Shown one piece after another: positions 55,051 through 64,000 of a DNA stretch of 64,000 nucleotides. Origin of the DNA: Lytechinus pictus (Eukaryota); the NCBI RefSeq assembly GCF_037042905.1, contig NC_087251.1, positions 31,808,001 through 31,872,000 of the forward strand, written 5' to 3'. The notes under the pieces were generated by a model, which saw nothing but the letters and a program-made list of their open reading frames with translations, had not been told where the DNA came from and ran no database searches. A program made the position numbers and the translations under genes. The stretch's first letter is position 1, and the number at the start of each line of letters is the position of its first letter.

Positions 55051-55692
55051 GGTTAACACCATCCCTCGATTGTTTCCTCGTTAATGTTTATGGAATTCTA
55101 AGAGGGAGCTTCGAGTTCGAAATCCTGAGAAAATAAAATCGAAGGAACAAAGATAAAGCCATAAATTATAATAATTAAAGAGAATACATGTATATACAAG
55201 TGATAACAAACCGATCCGGACGATAGCCTCTTATTTTAAGAAATGGCTGTTTGTGGGGGGTATAGGCCGGGGGCTGGGCCCTATTTTTTCCTAAAACCGT
55301 GTAAAAAAGTTACAATTACAATCTAATTGTTATTTTTTTACCAGCCCCCACTTTCTATACTGTTCTGCAGCCCCTGAAATATAATTAAAAACTCAGTGAA
55401 ACTATCCAGCACCTTCAAACAAGTGGTAATAAACAAACCCGTAAACCGATCAGGGCGATAACCTCTTTGTAATGTTTGAAGCTAAATGTAACTTCATTCT
55501 GTAATAAACTCTGTGAAACTCATAAGAATAGGATATTTGTTTTGTTTGTTTTGGTTTTTTTTGGGGGGTTTATATATTATTTATCAACACATTCTTTGGG
55601 CAGAAGCCGGAGGGGGGTTGGATGACGGGTGGCTAGGTTGGGTTAATGCGAATCTACCATGACCCTTCCGGTACAAGATTCTAGGCTACAAG

Positions 55693-55895
55693 CAGTGGCG
55701 TAATGAGCCAAACAAAATTGAGGGGGCCATATAATTGAGTATTGGGCAAAATTTCTACATTTTCTATTACATAATATTCAGTAAAATGATGTCATATTTC
55801 ACCCTTCTCTCTTCCATTTTTTTCCTTGGTCGTAAAAAAAAATTTGTGGGGGGCAAACGCCCCTAACCCCCCCCCCCCCCATCTGTACGCCACTG
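55693..55895. mobile_element. hAT-like MITE
   Basis: TIR CAGTGGCGTA / TACGCCACTG. TSD GCTACAAG / ACTACAAG (7 of 8 match). Confidence 0.8.
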
Positions 55896-57247
55896 ACTAC
55901 AAGTCCCACCTCCCACCCCCCCCCCCACCCCCGGCTTTATGTTTGACTGTGTGGTGTGGATTTTTTTATTTTGGTTTGTCCTTGTTTTGATACTTTATGT
56001 CTTCCTGGGGGGGGGGGGTCCGATAAGCTTTGTTTTTAGTTCCACCGGTTAGCAGACCATGTTATTGCACATGTATCGAGTTTTTAATGCATTCATCGTA
56101 TGCTGTAAATGTAATTTTTTTTTATTCCAAAGCGAATGTTTGTTGTAAATGCGCCAACTTTTAATGACTTAGAATTAAAGACATTGAATAATTTTATCTG
56201 TACATTATGCTACTGCATACTCCCCCCCCCCCCCCCATTTGATAACAATTAATTTTAAAACAGTAATGTGCAAATTACATGTTACAAAAGTTACAAGTTG
56301 AAGAGAAATGAGCGAGTATAAAATTCAAATTTCATAACGGTCATTCAAGAAATTGTCAATGTTACGAGATACAAGAAGAACAAAATATTCTTTTTTTCAA
56401 ATAGTCTCACAACTGATTTCAATTTTCATGTTATATGTTTACTACTAATTTGTTGAATATTGTTTCCCGATCGGAAGCGAGTGCTGGTTTTGGGGGAAAT
56501 GACAAGCATAACAAAAATGATATTTTCACACCAAAATGAAGGCCATTTGGTCAAATTTCTATATTTTAGCATATAGCTGGTTTTCAAGGGGTGTAGCCTA
56601 TGATGAAATAACCAAAAATAAGTAGCACCCCCAGAAAAGTCTCGAGGGGTACTTCAGCACCCACAGAACCCCCGCTTCCCAGGGCCATGTTGTCCGGAAA
56701 ATTTCACGTCTTTAATTTTCCGAACGAGCGAAACTAGCGTAGAAACAATACTTCCGATGTTTTCGACATTAAAATATTTAGGAAGAGACCAATTGATTCG
56801 GTAATTACGGTTGTCTTGCTTCACTGGCGTAAATCCCGGGGGGGGGGATGGGGGGGGATATATCCCCCTACTTTTCGAGGAGGGGGGGATGGCCTGTACA
56901 AACACCCCCCCCCCCAGTTTTTACGAAAGAAATGAAAAAAAATCACAAGAGATAATTGTTTTATTGGTGAAAATTCTTCCTAAAATACCGCTTAACAAAT
57001 AAAACAATATTATTGAATCATAAAATGACAATAAAGAGCCAGTTCACCATTTCCAAACGAAATACTTATGTCCTTATTATAACATTGAAGAGAAACCCCG
57101 TTTCTTCCAATTCATCAATGTTGGGGTCTTTGGGAAGGGATTAAGATGGAATGTCAAAACATTTTGAATGTAATCTCTAATAAAACCATTAACCATCATG
57201 GGGTAAAAAAGATAATAATATTGGAGGGTATTTGCCATATGGACATA

Positions 57248-58827
57248 CAGTGGCGTAACTACGGGGGGCATGGGGGGCACATCCCCCCCCCCCCATCGGC
57301 TGACCAAATAAAAAACGGGGAAAGTGGGAAAAGGAGACAAGAGGGAGAAAGGAAGAGAAGCGAAGTGGGAAAGAAGAAGATATTATTCATTATAATGTTA
57401 TATTATATTATAATTATGTTATGTTACATTATACATAAGAAACATTTTTATCATAACTTTATGAAACATAATTTGCACAGGGCCTACGTCTTCATTGTTC
57501 CTGGTGCTCGCATTGTCTGTTTAACGAGATATATAATCCTGTTGTACTAAAACATCTCGTTTTCAAGTCATTATAAACCCAATATATTTCCTAGCACTTG
57601 AGTTATCGTTGTTTTACGTAGTTACATATGCTTCTTTTTCATGACTCAAAAAGTGATTGCCTCATGTTAAGGTCTTCGTATATATGAAACATTTCCTGTC
57701 CGTGATTACGTTCGCATTAGTGGATTGGTGAGATATGTCTGCTTTTCATGAATTCCTAAAATCAGTCCATAAAATGTCCCTTCTTCTGATCTGAATATCA
57801 AAAATTTTCAGCTCGCGCTTCGCGCTCGCATCATTTGGTTAAAGGTCAAGTCCACCCCAGCAAAATGTTGATTTGAATAAATAGAGAAAAATCAAACTAG
57901 CATAACACTGAAAATTTCATCGAAATCGGATGTAAAATAAGAAAGTTATGGCATTTTAAAGTTCCGCTTATTTTTCACAAAACAGTGATATGCACAACTC
58001 AGTGACATGCAAATGAGTCAGTCGATGATGTTCAACACTCACTTTTTCTTTTGTTTTTTATTGTTTGAATTATACAATATTTCATTTTTTACAGATTTCA
58101 CCATAAGGACCGACTTGACTGAATCATATAGTATTACACAATGCTAATCCCACATGTTCATAGAGGAATGAATCACTGTTTCACTTGACAATGAGGAGAA
58201 AATTAGAATATTTCATATTTCGTATAATAAAATACAAAAGAAATAGTGAGTGGATGACGTCATCAGTCTCCTCATTTGCATACCAACCAGGATATGCATA
58301 TAACTGTTTTTTTTAATTAAGAGAAAATTTAAAATGCCATAACTTTCTTATTTTACATCCGATTTCGATGAAATTTTCAGTGTTATGCTTGTTGGATTTT
58401 TCTGTTTTTATTCAAATCAATTTTTGTTGGGATGGACTTGTCCTTTAATGAAATACGTATGGTCCTAGTTAATTCCTACAAAGAAACCTTAGAATGCCCC
58501 ACTTCAGGTCTGAATTATCTAAGTTTTCAGCTCGCGCTTCGCGCTCGCATTGTTTGGCGAGACATGTACCTATCATGATTACACAAATTTGATTATAATG
58601 TCCCTTTTTAGGTGTGAATATAACAAAATTTCAGCTCGCGCTTCGCGCTCGCATCATTTGATTAGTGAGATACATATCCGTTTAATGACATTGTCCTTAA
58701 AATGTCTCTATTAGGTCAGTATAACTGGCAACTGCGCGCGCTTAGCGCACTCACTCAGTGATTCAAAAATGTTGCTGGTGCCCCCCCCCCCCCCTCCCCC
58801 AATGCCGTGACCCACGGTACGCCACTG
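57248..58827. mobile_element. hAT-like non-autonomous element (middle member of the stack)
   Basis: TIRs CAGTGGCGTA / TACGCCACTG with 8 bp TSD TGGACATA. Internal repeats of CAGCTCGCGCTTCGCGCTCGCAT. Confidence 0.88.
57843..58444. mobile_element. TTAA-flanked Kolobok-like MITE (inner member of the stack)
   Basis: TTAA|AGGTCAAGTCCA...TGGACTTGTCCT|TTAA with long imperfect TIRs. Same family as 46477-47076. Confidence 0.85.
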
Positions 58828-59051
58828 TGGACATATCAATGACAATTCCTTGCATATCTAAAAACATGATTGCAAAAAAATGCCAAAATATTTCAGTCAT
58901 CCCCCCCACCCATCAACACGGATTTACGCCAGTGTCTTGCTTACTGAATCTGATGGCGTAATGAAACTATTCCCTTTATAGTGCTATCAATTATCTTTCA
59001 AAACAGTTAGTATTCAACAAGCGCGGCTCCATGGGGGCCGAGGGCCGGGCT

Positions 59052-62000
59052 GCGAAATTATTTTTCCCACCGAGTTCTGGACCAACATATGAATATTCAT
59101 GACTTGCGTCTTCGGATTAAGAGTACGCATGCGCGTGGACTCTGCCTCGACCAGTGCTGGTCGTAAGCATTCACGTTCAGTTGCTCAGAATGAATATTAG
59201 CATCGTCAAATTACCGGTATACTCTTACATAGTTACATATGCCTTATATATATCCAATTCTTAAACACTTCTCAAACTAGCTGCCATTAATGGCAAGACA
59301 TGTGCTAGGCTAGGGCTCGCTTAGGCTAGCGCATTAACTTTACCTCAAATCTGGACCTGTCTAATGCCTAATACTAATAGTAATAGCCGACTAATGCCAT
59401 GGTTTAAAACTTCGAACCAAATTCCGAACTTTACGTTTGATTTTATTTAACATGGTTTAATATTTATAGTCCGTATACAGAACCAGTCCTAGATCTAAAA
59501 AAATATCTTAGTTCTAGTCTAGTCTCTAGATCTAGACTCTGATTTACGCTGTATCAGCATGGAACAACTAGTGTACCAAGGGGGGGGGGCGCAGACTGCC
59601 CCCTGACAATTTACAACTGATCCAGGGGACGTGCCCTCCCCCCCTTTGAGAAGCCAAATCAATAATTTGTAATGTCAAAATGCAACAAAAAAGACTTATG
59701 TCCCCTCTTTTGAACGTGAAGATCTTTTTTTTTTGCTTGTCAATTTTTTTTCAGCTAAGAAATCCTTAATTTGGGGGGGAAGACGGGGATCAAGATCACT
59801 GACGTAAGTTTGTGCCTGACGTTATAATACGTTCCATGCAATGCAGTGGCGTAGCTAGGATTTTTTTATGGGGGGGGCACTGGGGGGTCCTTGCTTTTTC
59901 GGGGGGGGGGGGGCCACCGGCCATTTTTTCCGGTGTGTGTGTATGTGTCACGAGGGCGGATCGGACTTTCGCCAATAGGGGACGGGGCCCGAAATTATTT
60001 CACCTATGTTTTCCCCGATCAGTCACTTCTTACTTTTATTCGTATAAAACAACATAAACATGAAATAATCTCATAAGCCTTATAAAAAGTGTGAGCGCAA
60101 AGCGCGAGCTCAAAAATGTGTGATATTCCAACCTGAAAACTGGACACTCTAAGCATTTTTTTTTGTGAACGAGTACAATAATTGATGCGAGTGCAGGAAG
60201 CCAGCCAAAAATTTGTGATATTCCAACCATTAAGCAACATTCTATACATTTTTGTAACCATGAGCAGGATTAGTACTGTACTAAACAATAATTGATGCAA
60301 GCACGATTCAAAATCTGTGATTTTCGAACCTAAAATGTATTATGTTTTATTATTAAAGAAGGTATATTTCTTTTTTAAAAAGGGCATATTTCATTTGGAA
60401 ATAAAAATCCTACAGGGATTTTTTTTTGGGGGGGGGGGCTAGAGAGCACAAAACGCAAGTTAAAATTTTTAAATGCTTAAACTGAAAATGAGTCATTTTT
60501 AGGACTCTTGTCAGCTTTCATTTTTTTTTTCTGCTTACAACCACTTTTAAATTTCAATTCTCATTTCTTGTATCTTCTACACTTATTTTACCTTAAAAAA
60601 ACAGAATAAAGAATACTAACAAAATAAAGTTATATTCAAAAGGATATAAAGTAAACAGGGCGCACCCCATACCCTTAGTTGGGAGAGGGTAAATCTTAAT
60701 TATTTCTTTAAACAGTTAATCAATCATTAATTATTAATACTTGTTGATAATATTAATAATAATTAATTATTCAATTACTTTTTTTTTATTAATCATTATT
60801 TCTTGAAACCATATTGACACAAAAACAAATACGTTGTTTATTTCCTTGAAACTGTAGAGAAATGAAATTCACTGTTGAACGATATATGATTAAAAAGAAG
60901 TAAACATTTTCCCCCTTTGTTTTGTCAATCTTACCCAAAACAAATATACAATTTAGAAAAGAGATAGAGAGAAGAAGAAGTTCCACCACCAAGAATACAC
61001 TTAGATAAGGGGGAAGGGAAATGAAAAGATAGAGTAAATGTGATATTATTTTTTAAACAATCTATCGCAAAATTAGCTTTTCCTATAGAAAGAGGGGGAC
61101 AAATTTTGTTCACTCGCTCGCTTCAATCGCTTTCTTCTTTTTTTTTGACAGAAATTTTGCTCTATATGCCATACTTGGCCCCTCAAAGTTTCTGGCTCAT
61201 CATGCCATTGACATAACCCATTTGGATATGACAAAATTGAAAACTGTGTTCAAGTTTACCAAATCTTTTCAGAATATCATGAAGACTTAAAACATTCTTG
61301 TTGGCCAAAGAAAATAATACAAGGAAAATCCTAATGGAATAGAAATCAACCTTGTTATCGTGCTTTAGAGTTAGCTATGTTTAAAGTACGAAAATTGTTG
61401 TCAAAATTGCAGTCAGATGTCAAATTTATTCTTGTCATCAAAGCACTATTATCTTGATCTTGATCATTATTATTTACTGTCATTATCATCATTAGTCATG
61501 ATTACACACATTACCAATACATAATGCTAATTTCCATAACTGATGTATTCTTTGTTTGAAAATTCTTGATAATGGTGACAATTACAATCGATGACACTGC
61601 TAGTATACACTTACTACTGCTGCTGCTGCTAATGTTACTGGTGACTGGTAGTATTGACCATTATAGTGTCATTAAATATAAAAAAAAAAACTGAAACATT
61701 TATAATTACTTATAAAACAAATGAAAGTACATAATACAAAATGCCTTGAAAATGCCTTGAAATTTCAAGGCTCAAAATCCTCAAGGCCAAGGCCAAGGCT
61801 TGAATGTTCAAGGCCAAGGCACTACAAACACTGATTAGTACTAGGCATTAGACAGGTCCAGATTTGATGTAAAGTTAATGCGCTAGCCTAAGCGAGCCAT
61901 AGCCTAGCACATGTCTTGCCATTAATGGCAGCTAGTTTGAGAAGTGTTTAAGAATTGGATATATATAAGGCATATGTAACTATGTAAGAGTACCGGTAAT

Positions 62001-62158
62001 TTGACGATGCTAATATTCATTCTGAGCAACTGAACGTGAATGCTTACGACCAGCACTGGTCGAGGCAGAGTCCACGCGCATGCGTACTCTTAATCCGAAG
62101 ACGCAAGTCATGAATATTCATATGTTGGTCCAGAACTCGGTGGGAAAAATAATTTCGC
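59052..62158. mobile_element. Non-autonomous Mutator/MULE-like (foldback) element with ~325 bp TIRs
   Basis: 59052-59378 is a near-perfect inverted copy of 61834-62158 (GCGAAATTATTTTTCCCACC...). A 9 bp TSD GGCCGGGCT lies at 59043-59051 and 62159-62167. Confidence 0.88.
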
Positions 62159-62184
62159 GGCCGGGCTCTTGCCTCCCCCACCCC

Positions 62185-62560
62185 CAAAAAGGGGAGAATG
62201 GAAAGGGGAGGAGGAGAGAGAGAAGGAGAAAGAAAAGTAGAAGAAAGGTGAGGGGAAAGAAAATGAAGGGGGAAAGGAGGGGGAGAAGGAAAGAAAGGGA
62301 AAAGAGAGGGAAAATGATTATAAGAAATTAAGGAGAGAAAGAGGGAAGGAAAAGAAGGGAAACAACGAGAAGAAAGAAAATGTAGGAAACAAGAGACCGA
62401 AAGATAAGGAATAGAAGGGTAAAGGGAGAGAGTAAAGAATGTGACGAAAAAGAGAGAAAAGGAGAGGCAAAAGAAGGGACAAGGGAAGGAACAGAAAGAG
62501 AACAGAGTTAGGAAGAGAAGCAAAACACTGGTAATAAAAACAGAGAAAATAAACGAAGGG
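62185..62560. repeat. Purine-rich (G/A) low-complexity tract
   Basis: Almost exclusively G and A on the plus strand. Confidence 0.85.
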
Positions 62561-62632
62561 CTCCCTAAGCGCTTTTAACTCTTAAAAACAATTTTTTATT
62601 ATTGTTTTTTTTTCTTATTTTTTCCACAAAGG

Positions 62633-64000
62633 CAGTGGCGTAGCTACGGGGGGGGGGGGCATGGGGGGCACGTGCCCCCCCCTGAGATTTGGTGTGCCCC
62701 CCCCCCCCCCAGGTGCCCCCCTGAAAAAAATTGACGGAGCCTAAAAAAGGGAGAAAGAAGAAAAGAAAAAGAAGGGGTAAGACAGAAGGATAAAAGAAGA
62801 GGAAGACGAGTGAATAAAATAATTTTTGGGGAAGACTTGTAAAAAAAATCTTTCATGTTACTAAATAAAATTTTCTCTCGCGCTTCGCGCTCGATAAGAT
62901 TCATATCTTGCTCAATAGGCTGATATGGAGCTTAAAAAATATCAAGTTTTGAAGTCAATGTACAAAACATATTTCAGCTCGGACATCGAGCTTTCATAAT
63001 ATTTTTTACATTTACAAATTTAATGCACTCTGTAAAATGTTCGTTAATATGGTCTACATATCAACATTTTAAGCTCACGCTGCGTGGTCGCATTATTTGA
63101 TTTGTCAAGTTCCTATTGTCTTTGTGTATTCCATAAAGTTTTCAAAATATCAATTTTCAGATGTGACTGTCAAAACGTATATAGGCCTATTTAGCGCTGC
63201 ATGCGCGCTCGCATTTTGATTGGTGAGTGCTCTATATCAATTCTATATAAGCAAACAAAACCCCAGCATTACATTTTATTTTTTTAAATTCAGCTCGCGA
63301 TTTGCGCTCGCATTAATTGTTAAAAATGTATTAACCATTGTAATGCGTATTCATAATTCAAAAATGCTTAAAAATTTCTAGTTTTCAAGCCTTAAAACCA
63401 ACAACTTCCAACTGTCACTACGCATATTAGATTAACAAATAAGAAAATATCATTTTCATGAATTCCTATTAACTAATTTGGGTCTTTTCAGAATGGAATA
63501 TCGACAAGCTTAGGAATAATAGGAAGATAGTCATCATTTTCATATGACAAAATCTCCTTAGAATGTCCCAGTCCTTTGTTAAAACAATAACAAAAAATAT
63601 CAACTTGCGCTTCGCGCTCGCATCATTCATTAAGTGTGATCCACATCCACTTCTCAATTTTCCTACACAGTACTTGAAATAGTGTTTAAATTGACCTTTT
63701 TCAGATTGTAATATCAAATGTTTTCAGCTCGCGCTTGCATTATTGATCTTCATGATTAAAAAGATGTATTCAGAATGCCCAGATTCTAGGTCTAAATCGA
63801 GAAATAAAACGCGCGCACGCATGTTTATTGAGACAGCCTGCATGTTCTTTATTTAAAATATGCTTAAATTATCCAGTTTCAGATCAGATTATCAATAATT
63901 GTCTGCTCGCGCTTCACGCTCGCATTATTAATGATACACAATTAACCATATCATATTCATGATTTACAAAATATGAATAGATTGTCCTGCTTTTAGGTCT
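62633..64000. mobile_element. hAT-like non-autonomous element running off the window end
   Basis: Starts CAGTGGCGTAGCTACGGGGG, like 57248. Many CAGCTCGCGCTTCGCGCTCGCAT repeats. Confidence 0.65.

Larger units (their letters stand above)
56822..58934. mobile_element. hAT-like non-autonomous element (outer member of a nested stack)
   Basis: TIRs CACTGGCGTAAATCC / GGATTTACGCCAGTG with 8 bp TSD TCTTGCTT on both sides. Confidence 0.88.

Noticed and set aside
62044..62523. 159 aa Phe/Ser/Leu/Pro-rich ORF and 83 aa Arg/Lys-rich ORF
   Set aside because: Products of a G/A low-complexity tract and the MULE TIR.

Overview
AT-rich, repeat-dense animal genomic DNA; the repeat families resemble those of echinoid (sea urchin) genomes, which is an inference. 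The only supportable protein-coding gene is a novel-class protein kinase C (PKC epsilon/eta-like) on the minus strand. Five coding exons (54379-54005, 27312-27252, 8371-8215, 3663-3632, 2939-2857) have GT-AG boundaries and consistent phases, and encode 236 aa covering C2, pseudosubstrate and C1A; the rest of the gene lies beyond position 1. Introns and the upstream region are filled with non-autonomous DNA transposons (hAT-, Kolobok-, Harbinger-, MULE- and Helentron-like), tRNA-derived SINEs and simple repeats. Most notable: (1) all three copies of one MITE family sit 26-54 nt downstream of a splice donor; (2) a palindromic element carries two divergent tRNA-like Pol III units; (3) there are dozens of TACATGTA sites, three shown by internal comparison to be CATGTA insertions at a TA, as in Tc1-type excision footprints; (4) a 3.1 kb MULE-like element has ~325 bp TIRs and a perfect 9 bp TSD; (5) a triple-nested transposon stack retains all TSDs.
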